DNA of 64,000 nucleotides from Vicugna vicugna. Lineage: Eukaryota. Shown here piece by piece: positions 52,426 through 64,000 of this stretch (position 1 is its first letter; every line of letters starts with the position of its first letter). Below the pieces are notes generated by a model. The model made no database searches. It was not told where the DNA came from and saw only the letters and a program-made list of their open reading frames with translations. Both the position numbers and the translations under genes were made by a program. The stretch is taken from positions 2,307,370 through 2,371,369 of the forward strand of contig MU057744.1 in NCBI GenBank assembly GCA_013265495.1. The letters run 5' to 3'.

Positions 52426-53639
52426 AAAATTAAGGGAGTCAAGAATATATATATATACATTTAGTGATTCAGGAAAAATTAATAGTTGTTAACAATTGTT
52501 CAGTTAGTGAGATATAACTTAGATTTTTTACTGTATGGCATAATAATACCACCAAAGTTAACGTTTGTGACTGTTTTCAGGACCACAGTCACAGGACTCA
52601 TGGATAGACACCGTCACAGTACAGAGCAGTGCATCTGCACACTCTCCTGCAGCTGACAGGAGCACGCACCACAGAGGTTTCCCCGGTTCCGTCTAACACT
52701 GCCCATGGTTACATACCACCACTCGTCCTCACAGTCATTTAGCAGTTCGTAGACGGCTCTGTGCTTGCCTACCTGCTTCACAGAGGCCTCCCACATTTCC
52801 GTTCTCAAAATTACACGTTGGAAGATGAAGAGTAAGATTTTGTAAGGATTCATTCTCCCTAGGGAGGTGCAAGTCGCCCTCCCCATCAAAATTAAGACCT
52901 TCAGGAAGTGAAGAGGGAATTCCCCTGAAGTCCCTGACCGTGTCTTAGCTGACTGCAGACTGAAAGGTGGACCAGCGTGTTCTCAAACGGCAGGGCGGAC
53001 ACACATTGCTGTGGCTTCTGTTACGCACTGTAAATCGTAGATGTCTGCCAATCTTCCTTAAACATGAACTATATCAATCAGAAATACTGATTTCAACTAT
53101 AAACCATGTTAAAAGACCTCCAACTGTTAAAAATGGCAGTTTTGTGTATTTTTATCTTTCTCATCTCTTGGTAGTTGGTTTAATTATCCCCAATAACCAG
53201 GATTAAATTCAAGTAATTTTATGGGAGACATCGGAGTCATGAAATAAACCTCAGAGGCAGTGGCACTATTTTCTTAAGAATGAGTATTTCTTGCAAATTA
53301 AATGTGTGAAATCGGATTTATTTTTCAAAAACAGGCGTTAAGCAAGACACAAGGTGTTTGAAATTAGAAGCAGTATTTCATTCTCTGCCCAAACACAATA
53401 TTAGGAGAAAAACACCAGTGATCTTCTTGGAGTTACTCTTCAGTTAAGGAATCACCTCTTGAATGCGATCTAGAATTTTTAAATGTGTGGCCACTTAGTT
53501 ACAATGTTGTTTCATGTAATCATTAACAGTTGTGGGGAAGAAAAGTACCCAACCTAATTTACCGACAGCATTTTTCAGAGATTACTAGGAATCAAAATGT
53601 TCGGCTCTTCAAATCCTCTAGATTATTCAACACAAGTAG

Positions 53640-54450
53640 GGAAAAAAAAGTTGTCAGGATGCCCAAAAAGTAAAAGAGAGAGAAAAGAGACTTAAAAAAA
53701 AATGAATAGAACTTCTGGCACTTCTTGGACAATAACAAAATCCCCAATACTGCTATCACTAGCATTCCAGAGGAGGGGAGGAACAGATGGGAGCTGAAAA
53801 GGTATCTGAGTAACGGCTGGCAGTTTTTCATTGTTATGAAGGAGACACTCCTACAGGTCTGAGAACTAAGTGACTCCCATCCACCTACGATTAATTCAAA
53901 GATTAACTAACTCGTTTAGCATGAAAATTAAAGACAAAACCCCTCACAGATCTTGAAAGTGGCAGGAAAAAAGCACACATTACCTACAGAAGAGAACAAA
54001 CTGGAGTTAGAGAAGATTTCGTATCTGAAACCATGAAGTCCAGGAGGAAATAATACGGTATTTTTCAAGCGCTGAGAGAAAAGAACTGTCAACTGGGAAT
54101 TTTACCTCCAGCAAGACTATCCTTCAGGAATAAGGGAAAATTAAAAACATCCTCAAAAGAATGAAAGCTCCCCCCCCCCAAAAAAAAACTGCCCTAGCAG
54201 AGCTACCCTTAACATTGGCTAGTGAGCTTTCGTCAAACAGAAAGGAAATGATGAAAGATAGTCACCTTGTGACTTTTACAAAGCATGTTGAGGACCGAAA
54301 CAAAAATTATGCCATTCAATATTCAAGATAGAGGTTTTAATAGAGGGGGAGGTGGGTGTGTCTCAAGAGGAGTGAGGGCCCCACACTCACCCCAGTGGTG
54401 AGCGCTGTGCCACTGGACTGCAGTGAATGTGATACATGTATTTCCATGAA
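53640..54450 (+). mobile_element. Ancient L1M ORF1 remnant
   Basis: aaaatgaatagaa...ttccagaggagg...aaatcttgaaag-like segment...gaaaccatg...aaagaactgtcaac...tatccttcaggaa. Confidence 0.7.
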
Positions 54451-55559
54451 GTGCTTCCATCACTGAGCCTTAGGCTAGAACGCTTGGCATGTAACCCCTT
54501 CCTGGATCACATCGTCCAGCAGAAGTTCCTCCCTGTGCTGACGTCTGAAAGTCTGTTGTTCCTTATACAGTGGGCTCAACTCTCACACATCAGCTTCATG
54601 TCTTACCTTCCTCCCTGCAGGGACCATATTTTCTTAATCTTTATTTTTTTCATACAATTTTACAGTAACTTAATAAGTACTTGTAAAACGGTTGAGCTAA
54701 GGGAGTGACAGTAACCATTAAACTATATCAATTTCACAGTAGAACAGTATTTGCTCTAATAAGTTACAAAGACACACAGCAGAATGAATAATGACAAGTT
54801 ACCCCGGTCTGTGTTCCTGCCCGAGAGTGAAGCGTCTGCTTTTGTCTTTCTCCCCAAAGCTGTCCGTCTACACACTCCACCGCCCCACGTGACACACAGC
54901 CTGCTATCCAGGCCCCGCAGGGCCCAGCACACGTCCACTAAGGCCTGTGGCTCTGAAATCACCAGGAGCCGAACCAGCCCTGGTTTGCCCAACTAGAGTT
55001 TTACAAGAGTGATAACTATGTTTGTATCTTATATAAGAGACTATTATTTGAAAATTGCAGTCATTTCTATCCGAAATTATTTCTAGCCAACGCACAGAGC
55101 CAGAAAAATAAAACTTCAAAAGAGGAATGAAAGGCAGTACCTTTGCTTGTTCAGAAATTTATACTTCAGAATGTTGTAGAGGCTTCATTTTATTCATGGA
55201 CATTTTCTTAGCATTCCTCATTCTTCAGATTCCCTGTGAAGTGAAAAAGAGGATAAATTCAGCCTTATATCCTTATAAATGAACACCAACTGACTGCTAT
55301 TAATTTTGGGGGAAAAATTGAATGGCACACCTTTCACTGATTAAAAAATAACGCCTCGGTTATAAAAAGTAAACATTAACTTGTTGATAAATTAAGTTTT
55401 CTGCTTAACTTAGACAATGACATTAACTATAAAAAAAAGGCCTTCTCAATTATTCTCAAATTCTAAAATGGATTATATCTTAAACAAACAAAGCAGAGAC
55501 AAAATGTGCCAAGCTTGCAGAACTAGAAAGTTCAGAACTGTAGGTTCTTGCAGGATGTT

Positions 55560-56260
55560 AGCGCGCGGTGGAAGTCAAGCCTCACCACCTCGGCTTAGGC
55601 GCCGGCACGCAGACCTGGACGCCCTGGCGCCGGCCTCCCCGGCGGCGGCTTCTCTGCCTGCTCAGCGCGCAGAGCTCCCGAGGAGCCAGGCTACATTCCG
55701 GGCGGTCCGATGCACTCTGTTACGGAGAGCTGTCAACGGCGCACCCGGACGCTCCGGGAGGTTCCCCTCGGAAGGCGGGCCGACTCCCCGGGGCGGAAGC
55801 CGCACGTCGCCCCCCGCAGGCCCCCGCGCCGAGCGGGGCGCTCGCCGCCGCCGCGCAGCAGCGCGATTGAAGCGCCGGCTGGACGGGGCGCCCACCTCCC
55901 TCACTTCGGCGGAAGCTCCCTGAGGACGAGACGCCGCCTCCCTCAGTTTTTCTTACGCCTTCAGCGCCTTGATCACCGCTTTACACACTAGATGCTACAT
56001 TAGGCCAACTTTTTAAAACCGGAGTGGGACTGCAAGTGAAGAAACAAAGCCCGCCCCCTCAGCCTGGAGAACCGGCAGCTCCTCCGGGCACAGCGTCGCG
56101 GGCCGGACCAGGGCGGCTCACCCCCCTCTGTCCCCCTTTCATTAAGGCGGCAGAGCAGCCCTTGGGGGCTGTCGCTGAGCTGACACGGAAGGCGAGAGGG
56201 CGCAGGGATCCGTCCAGGCAGCGTCCTCGGGGACCATCCCTGTCCGGGCCACGCCGAGTG
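55560..56260. promoter_or_regulatory. CpG island, candidate promoter
   Basis: GC/CpG-dense; two ETS-like GGCGGAAGC motifs near 55792 and 55908; GC boxes. Confidence 0.65.
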
Positions 56261-58029
56261 TCAAGGTCAGAATACAGCCTGTTTAGTTTCCTCCACAAAG
56301 TCCAGCAGGCCGGTGCTGAGCGGCTCACTGAAGAGGACCGCCTCCAGCCGAGGGCTCCTACCTCAGTTGGACGCATCCTGGATTTGCACACCTACCTCAG
56401 TTGCATTGCCACATCGTACACATCAACACAGGTGTTACTTGGCTGGGAGACAGCCAACGAAAGTAACAAAGTTAAAATTCTCTAAATGACAAGCTCAAGG
56501 TTATGAAGAGCAAACTTGATTTCTGTGTTTCTCAGTCCAGACGGTGGACGCTGGCTTCATCTCGCAGCTCGGAGGGAAGAGAGCAGAAAGACCGGGCCTA
56601 GCACGTCACGGTCTCATCCCAAACCCGGGAGTGCCTGAGTCAGGTGCCCACCCGTGGACCCAGCACTTGGGCCCAGCCAGTAGGTTCACGCTCTATGGTA
56701 GGACCACGTCTGCTGAAACAGCGGGGAGTGGGCAGGAGGCAGGATCCCAGAAAGTGATGACGCAGGTACAGACAAGGACGGAGGGCCTGGCGACAATAAA
56801 GGAGATGCCTGTACGACGTTTGGGTGTGCACACCAGCCTTCCCCTCCAACAAGACGTCCTCCTCTTATTTAGAAGAAGGGGAACTGAACATGAGCACATG
56901 AGGCTCATTCATCAAGGAAAATCCAGAGTGATCAGGGAACACAATTTCTCAGAAGGCGCTCTGTGATTACAGTAAGGAGGATCTCAGGGAGTCCTCCTTG
57001 GCTTAATGTCACCTTTCCACTTGGTTGAAGCTGACAGCTAATAAATATAAAGATACAACTTAATGAATTCAATTAATAAATTTAAATAGTTAATTACCTT
57101 TTACTGAGAGAAAGGCAATGGATGTGTTACACTTGCGTGCGTGCCCACGAACACTGGCGTCCAAGACATCTTCTCAAACAACGAGAGAAGTGCTGATTCC
57201 AGATCAAGGTAATCCTTTACTTAAAAGGGGCCTATTTCATTCTGAATTTGTAAAGCAAGTGGACAGACGCTGAAACGTCTGTGACCTTCTTTTAGTACGT
57301 CCTCATTGCTTTGTTCCTTTCTGACTCTCAATAAGTAAGTCTGAAGTATTATCAAGATGAAGTGCTTTTTTAGCAATGTTCAAAGGATGGGTTTTCAATT
57401 CTGGTGGATAATGCCAGCTCCCAACGCACTGCTGTTATTTCCTGCAGTTAATTCCTTTTGTAACACACCCCGTCATCCTTTTCTTGCAATGCGCAAATCC
57501 AATTTTCTTTTAAGCAACACCAGAATTGTCTAAATGAACACAAACATTTTCAAGTGAAATAAAAGAAGACATCAGAGAGATGATATTTTAAGGAAGGTAG
57601 ACGTTTTGTCCAGATTTGAATGCCAATGACAGCACTTTTTGGAATATAAGCTGGGATTGAAACTATTCTTTTTTCTGAACGCTGAAAGATATTTGAAACA
57701 GATTCTGGAGGGAGTTGTTCTTAACAACTAATACTTTTAAAAGAAAGAGACATGAAATAAGAATATGCTGTTTTTAAGGAAAGATATTCACGGTTCTTTT
57801 TGTCGCTTTGTGCTTCCAGCTCTACATTTCTCACATGGAACAGAGAAATAACGAGTGTTGTCTTCAGTTAGTAGCAGTAGTTGTCTTATCTTAGTATGAT
57901 GCTCTTTCGTTAATATGTTGGAAAAACTCAGAAGTCTGCCATTAGCAAACATTTCAATTTGCAGTCCACACGGAGCCTGAATTTTCCGGCTGTGTTTCCT
58001 TCTCCGTGTTGCATGGTGGTGCATTTCTG

Positions 58030-58205
58030 GATCATTGTTTCTTAAAGAGCAGCAAGGGTCAGACTGATCGAGATACTTGTCCATCGTACAGGTTCCTGGA
58101 CCCTATCTCCGATATCCCACACTGCGATGTCAGAATTCCTGGGGCTGAAACTCAGCGGTGAATTTTAACAAACTTCCAAGATGATTTTCTGCAGGGCTGC
58201 ACTTA
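58030..58205. mobile_element. MER5-family fragment
   Basis: caggttcctggaccc...tcagaattcctgggg...ttttaacaaacttccaagatgatt. Confidence 0.5.
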
Positions 58206-58842
58206 CAGATAGAACCTAGATGTTAAAGTTTCATGAACTTGAAAGACCTATGAAATTAGGTTCCATTTAATCAAATCCCTACCAGTTATGCTTTACTGAT
58301 CAGCGGCGTTTATCTAATTTAATTCAGCGTCCCACTTGTACAAGGACTTGATTCTTTGGCCCTCACAGCAGTTCTAATTCAACTGGAGGACATTGGAGGA
58401 CTGGGAATTCCTCTCTGAGAAGTGAGTTAATTGTATGTCAGTCTTTATTGCAGAAATATTCTCAAACTTACTCTAGTCATTGTATGGGTACCCATCTTTC
58501 AACATTTTTGTAAAAAGCAAAAATGTGGACTGTTTCACATCCTCTAAGGTCATCTGTCAGTCAAAATAAAGATACCTGGAGAATTAACAATAACAAATAG
58601 GAAACTGGCAACCTCCCCCGCTACCCTGGAATGCTGCAGAGTGGAGGTGGTCGCCCAGCACGTTCTTCATTGCAGTGTCTGACCTTCCTCTCTGAGTGTC
58701 CTCAATCTGCCTACTCATGAAGTCTCTGCAACTGTGAACATCACCTCTTCCACTTGCAGGCGGCTCTGATCACAACCAAGTTATTCCTTGGGCTGAGTTC
58801 CAGTCTTCCTTCAGCTTTAAAAATATTACTATTATTTTAAAA

Positions 58843-59080
58843 TTTTCTTATTGAAATGTAGTTGATTTGCAATGTTAGTTTCAGGTGGACAGTAAAGTGA
58901 TTCAGTTATACATATACATACATGTATATTTTCTTTTCAGATTCTTTCCCATTATATATTATTACAAGAAATTGAATATAGTTCCCTGTGCTATACAGTA
59001 GAACCTTATTGTTCATCTATTTTATATATAGTAGTGTGTATCTGCTAATCTCAAACTCCTAATTTATCCCTCCCTTCCCT
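58843..59080 (-). mobile_element. L1 3' UTR end
   Basis: ttattgaaatgtagttgattt...attgaatatagttccctgtgctatacagtag...aactcctaatttatccc. Confidence 0.92.
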
Positions 59081-59204
59081 TTTTTAAACTTTTAATTTCT
59101 TAATTAAAATTTTTTTTTTAATTTTAGTTTTTTTTGAAAGTACTGGGGATTGAACCAGGACCTCATGCATGCTAAGCACACACTCTACACATTCCACCTC
59201 CCCC
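59081..59204 (-). mobile_element. tRNA-Ala-derived camelid SINE, degenerate head
   Basis: tactggggattgaaccaggacctcatgcatgctaagcacacactctac preceded by a T-rich antisense tail. Confidence 0.85.
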
Positions 59205-61599
59205 AGCCCCCTCCTTTTTCTTTTTAAATTGAAGTACAGTTAGGTACATTGTCCTTTATGTTTAAATGTTGGAATCACTTTAATTTTAACATGGGCCATG
59301 TGAAGTAACAACCTGAGAACAAAAATGTTTGGTTATTAATAAGTTAAACATCTTCATCAATATTGTTACATATAGTACATTTTTACACACAGTTAGCAAA
59401 GTCAGCCGGTTGTGTTTCTAAGGACCAAAGGGAGCTGAAATTACAATTGCTGACAGCACAGTTACGCAAGTCTGGCATTGAAGTCTTTGTGGCAGATACG
59501 GATCAAACTATTACAGCTTTAACACCATTCCTAGAAGCACTCAAGTCCTGTTACTTGTATTCTGTCTTAAGTAAAGGGTTTTCTCACAGTATTTTGGCCT
59601 CCCAAGGAGATGTTTCTATTAGACGGTGAGTATGCTGACTAGCTTGCTTAAGTATTCCAACCTCCTTGGCGGTTGTAACTCTCAGTGTGAGTAAATACAG
59701 TAAAACACTGGTTCATCATTTAACAGTAATTTATCCTCCAGTGCTTTTCCATTCTGAATGCTCAGATGAAAGGAAACTCATCTCTGACAGACGTCTGGTC
59801 ACATCCCAAATGCAGACCTCCACTGACACTCTCCCAGAAAAAGTGCTAGCTTCCTTCTGTTTATGCAAATTACAACTATTATAAGGCTGCGAATGAGAGT
59901 CTGAGAAGTCTGTGATTTTTCTTCCCTTATAGTCACTGTCCGTCACCTCCCACTCCCAACATATTTTTCCAATAGAAGGTAGAGTTGTTTGAGAACCTTT
60001 ATGCGTTCATTTCATAAACATGCAAATTAACTGTTTTAGAAACTCGGAGAGAGGATAATGGAAATAAATGGACTCTGTGTGACATATTATGATTCAAATG
60101 GTCTGAATGGTGTAACTTCACTTGAATTTTATTTGCCAGAGCAAAAGCACTCTCTCAATTGGCTGAACTTTGAAAACGACTATCACGGAGACAGCAGAGC
60201 AGGTGAACCAGCGACTTACTGGCAACCGTCCTGTAAGAAGAGGCATCAAACGCTTGACTGGGTAGCTCAGTCACCGTTTAACTAGAGTTGTTATCATGGA
60301 ACCTTCGCTTATGCAATATATCATCATTAATTTTAACCAGATAGATTTGCTGCTGTTTGTCTCCGACTAGAGGGGGAAAGAAATCTAATTACATTTGAAA
60401 GCAGTATTTACATTCATATCTGCATAAGACCAGACAAAGTGTTATTCTAGTGAAGTAGCAATTTTCTGACATCCTGATAATGAAATGACGCAATATTGAT
60501 TGGCTTTTGATACACGAAGCTTCTGTTGACGCGTGTTTGCACACCGACGGTGTTATGTTAAATTCCAGATCCCTCTCCTACTGCCACACACTGAGAGTGC
60601 GCTGAGCTAAGGCTGTTTTAAATTCAGAATTAAAGGCATTCCATCTGTATATTTGAATTATGACAAAATTCTCATAGATCTAATAAGACAAAACGTATGT
60701 TGGGAGAACATTTAGGTGAAAAAATAACTTCTATTAATACCGGTAATAATTTTATACTAAGATGGCATATTAACCAGTAGAAATATGATCATAAAATAGT
60801 CTATTAAATTAATTCTTTTTATTATTTTTTAACTGGGGCATAATTGGCATACTCCATTATACTAGTTTCACGTATGCAACGTAATGATTCAATATTGAAC
60901 GTACTTGGGAATGCTCACCGCTGTATGTCCAGTTAACATTCATGAGTTCTAAAATAAGTATTCTTATTGAAATTGAGCAAAACGCTGTTGTGTAAGAGAA
61001 GGCTTTTCAAAGGTAAAATTTTGAGTTTTCTGTTGTTGCCATTACTGTTGCTAATACCACCAATAAAACAGCCCTTCCATGTACAGAGAGAATTTTCATC
61101 ATTAATTTACATTGTAAAGACACCCTCTTCTGGGTGTAAAACAACTGCTTTGAGGCTGGAGCAACTGTGTGGCATATGTGTGCACACTCAAATAAACACA
61201 CGCTTATGAAAGGTTTCAGCTGCAGCTCTTAAATAAGACTTACAGCTTTTGAGTTATTAATTAATCCAACCCAGCCCAGGATTCATGTCTCAGCCCTGAT
61301 GCCAGCCCTTTCCGTGAGCCTGATTCTGTACTAAGAAGCCTCCCAGCTCCCGGAGCCTCCCTTCTCCCGCCTCCCCGACCCCACCCTGTCTGTCCACAAG
61401 CCTTGCCCACCACCTGCACATCCCTGGGAACTCAGGTGGAGAGACGGTGCTTAAAAACCAACTGTAGGATGCTACTTGTTTGGAGACAGCAAAGAAAGAA
61501 CAGTGTAAGTGGGGTGGGTTGTTTAGCAGCGGGCCAGAAACTGGCCCAAACTGGTAGAGCTGGTGGAGCGAGAGAAGGAAGCACACACCTGAGACAGAC

Positions 61600-61795
61600 G
61601 GACGTGAATCGCAGAACGCTCACTTCTGTTATTAGCGACGGGAACCACAAGTTGCTGACGTGCTGGCGTTACCACCTGCCGAGCGCCGTGCCAAGCGGCG
61701 CAGCCGCATGACTGCGCGCAGCCTCCCCCGGCGCGCGAAAGGCAGCGCCGCGCGGAAAGCCCGCGAGCTGGGCCGCAACACCGGGCCGGTCTCAG
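61600..61795. promoter_or_regulatory. Small CpG cluster with E2F- and NRF1-like motifs
   Basis: TGCGCGCA 61713-61720 and GCGCGAAA 61733-61740 among dense CpGs. Confidence 0.45.
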
Positions 61796-61945
61796 CTTTT
61801 ACTTCTTACTGAGTACGTGACCTTGGGCTGTTCATGGTTAATCCCCCTTCACCTCAGTTTTCTCGTCTGTAAGTCTTTCACCTACCTCATGCATTTGTAA
61901 TGAAGGTTCAACGATTTAACACAGTTAGTCAATTGCTACAGCATA
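61795..61945 (+). mobile_element. MIR SINE
   Basis: gtgaccttgggc...acctcagttttctcgtctgtaa...acctacctca. Confidence 0.7.
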
Positions 61946-62429
61946 AAACCTCATCAAAACAAAAATAACTGAATACCTACTATGTGTCACCTTCTAAGCA
62001 CTTAAGGTGCATTTTTAAACAAGCGGAAGTCGACTCCTGGCCGCCGAGGTCACGTTCAATAAGCGGCACATTCGGTCTGCTCACTGTTACTGTTGCTGTT
62101 CTTAAATTCACCTCCCCGGAGAGGCTCAGAAATACTCTGCTGTAGCAGTTTGTCCTCTCGGTACAAAGAAGTTTCGGTTGAGCCACAGAGCTCGAAACAG
62201 TGGTGGCAGAAACCAGGAAAGAAAATGCACTTGAGACAGGAAGGAGACCTTCCGCCCGGTTAGTAAGCGTGAGCCCTCGAAGACACTCGCACATTCGCAG
62301 AGCGATCTTGGCGCTCCTTCATCCCCGTGTAGCGAACGGCACACGCACCACCGACAGCCTCCGCCTTTTCACTCTGTCTTCTTTTTCTTTCCGCAGTCCT
62401 GGTGGGCTGACAGCATTATTTACTTAGCT

Positions 62430-62612
62430 TTTCCTTGTGAATTGCCTGTCCTCTCTCACTAGAATACAGGTTCTTTCAGCGCAGGGCCTCTGTTCCCTTC
62501 AGCGCCGTTTCCTTCCCCTGACACCAGCGCCGTGCCTGGAGCTAGCAGACAATCCACTGAAAAACCAAACCTTTGTGAGGGATGAGCAAACGAACGAACG
62601 AATGGCGAATGA
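62430..62612 (+). mobile_element. L2 3' end
   Basis: gcctgtcctctctcactagaat...gcaggg...cagcgccgtgcctgg, then degenerate (tgaa)n-type tail gaacgaacgaatg. Confidence 0.7.
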
Positions 62613-62929
62613 GTGCAGTTCTTTTCAGCAGTACTCAGGGTGTGAGCCAGGGCTTTTTTTTCCACTTTTATTTTTCCCAAATTATGCGAGAGAAGACCAA
62701 AAACCTTAGGGGTGGTGGTAAGTGCATTGGTAAGCCGAGGAGATGAATCACTGGCTCTAAGTCAAGAAAACTGAAGACACGATGGGACTGACAGCTTAGA
62801 GGAACCCGATGAGCCTCAAGGAGGTTGAAAATACTTTGCAGGAAACACTAAGAGATTGTGTTCAGAATAAGGTGAAGAAAAGAAAGCATTTTATCATTCC
62901 ATGTGCAGTTTGGAATGGAAATGGTTCAC

Positions 62930-63080
62930 GGGGGAGGGTGTAGCTCAGCGGTAGAGCGTGTGCTTAGCATGCACAAGGTCCTGGGTTCAATCCCCAGTCC
63001 CTCCATTAAACAAACAAACAAACAAACAAACCAAACTACTCCCCCCAACAACAACAATAAAAAATATATATATAAAAAAA
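62930..63080 (+). mobile_element. tRNA-Ala-derived camelid SINE (Vic-1 type)
   Basis: gggggagggtgtagctcagcggtagagcgtgtgcttagcatgcacaaggtcctgggttcaatcccc; (aaac)n tail; TSD gaaatggttca / gaaatgattca. Confidence 0.92.
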
Positions 63081-63344
63081 GAAGAAATGATTCATACAGA
63101 GTTGATGCTCAAACCCTAAACCTCTTGGCTCCAGAAGTATCTAAATGTAAAACATAACTTAAGTAAGTGAAGTTTCTGGGGTTAAGCTAGCTGTTTCCAG
63201 AAGGGCCCTGTCTTCACTCACTGTCTCACTGAACACAGGAGGGAGCTGGTGGCGGACGCCGGGGTCTCTGCCGCTCTGCCGAGGGCTCTGACATGCTGCC
63301 ACTGATGGCAGAATTTCGGATTAGACAATGAAGTTCAGATCTGA

Positions 63345-63560
63345 GTGCACAGTCCTGTACTGTGATGGCTACCGGTCACACGTGGCTGTTTAAGTTAAGG
63401 TTCATATTAATTCAAATTAATGAAATAAAAACCCCATTCCTCAACCCAGCCAGGTAAACTAAGTGCTCAAGAGTCACATGTGACCAGTGGCTACCGTTTA
63501 GGGCAGAGAGGTATAGAATGTTTCCGTTGTCTCAGAACGTGCTATTGGAGAGTGTTGGCG
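63345..63560 (+). mobile_element. MER3-like hAT-Charlie element
   Basis: cacacgtggctgtttaa...aagtgctcaagagtcacatgtgaccagtggctacc...tagaatgtttcc...ctattggagagtgttg. Confidence 0.75.
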
Positions 63561-64000
63561 GAGCAGAGAGTTGGCAAGGCACTGGGCGAGCTCAGGAGAG
63601 CTGCAAAATACTTCATTTCGGTGTCTATATTCCTGAATATAAATAACCTGTTAGTTCACTAATGTTGACATACTAGTGTTTGCTCATTTGCATGACAGAT
63701 ACTGAGCCATCATCTCTCTCAAAAGGTAGCACCGGTGTTCTTGAATAAGTTTTTAAATAAGACGTATGGTAGTTATTAGGGATATCAAAGACTCTGAGCA
63801 GATGTGTTCCCCTGGAATCCAGTAACTGATGAATTAAAGAAACTGTGGACGAGATTCTCCCAATGGCAGGAAACAGAGATATTCCCCATACTTGAAAATT
63901 TCATATTAGAAATGCCATGTCTGTCTTAATTTCAACTGCAAATGACATTTTAGACTTCTGTAATTTTCAGAAGGGTCAAAAATAAAATGAGTCGTTAAAA

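Noticed and set aside
56974..56999. Hairpin aaggagga-t-ctc-agg-gag-tcctcctt
   Set aside because: Too short for a pre-miRNA; one such stem in 64 kb is plausible by chance.
61883..61890. Third let-7 seed match CTACCTCA
   Set aside because: Part of the normal MIR consensus (acctacctca).
62930..63005. tRNA-Ala(AGC) genes (also at 4627, 43417, 51711, 59140)
   Set aside because: Extended G-rich 5' ends, A-rich tails and TSDs identify them as SINEs.
1..64000. CRISPR arrays, operons or other prokaryotic/viral systems
   Set aside because: The sequence is mammalian; I saw no regularly spaced repeat array and no intact viral ORF.

Overview
Mammalian nuclear genomic DNA, most likely camelid (camel, llama or alpaca), judged from five tRNA-Ala-derived Vic-1-type SINEs and cetartiodactyl/camelid-type L1 3' ends. 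The window is repeat-rich (L1 fragments of several ages, ERV1/ERVL LTRs, MIR/L2, hAT-Charlie MERs) and has four CpG-rich islands (~13.7-14.3, 48.5-49.3, 55.6-56.3 and 61.6-61.8 kb). I recognise no known protein-coding gene; the long ORFs in the track are L1 remnants, LTR overlaps or GC-rich artefacts. The best lead is a chain of phase-compatible minus-strand exon candidates running from the 48-49 kb island to ~27.8 kb, which could be a decayed gene, a lncRNA or a 56-aa microprotein transcript (low confidence). Better-supported oddities are a young poly(A)/18-bp-TSD retrocopy whose cargo is an ancient L1 end, a twin-primed inverted L1, a solo LTR nested in an L1 tail, an isolated tRNA-Arg 5' fragment, and AT-to-GC-shifted old repeats. 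I found no clearly novel biological system. Repeat family names come from remembered consensus motifs, not from a database search.
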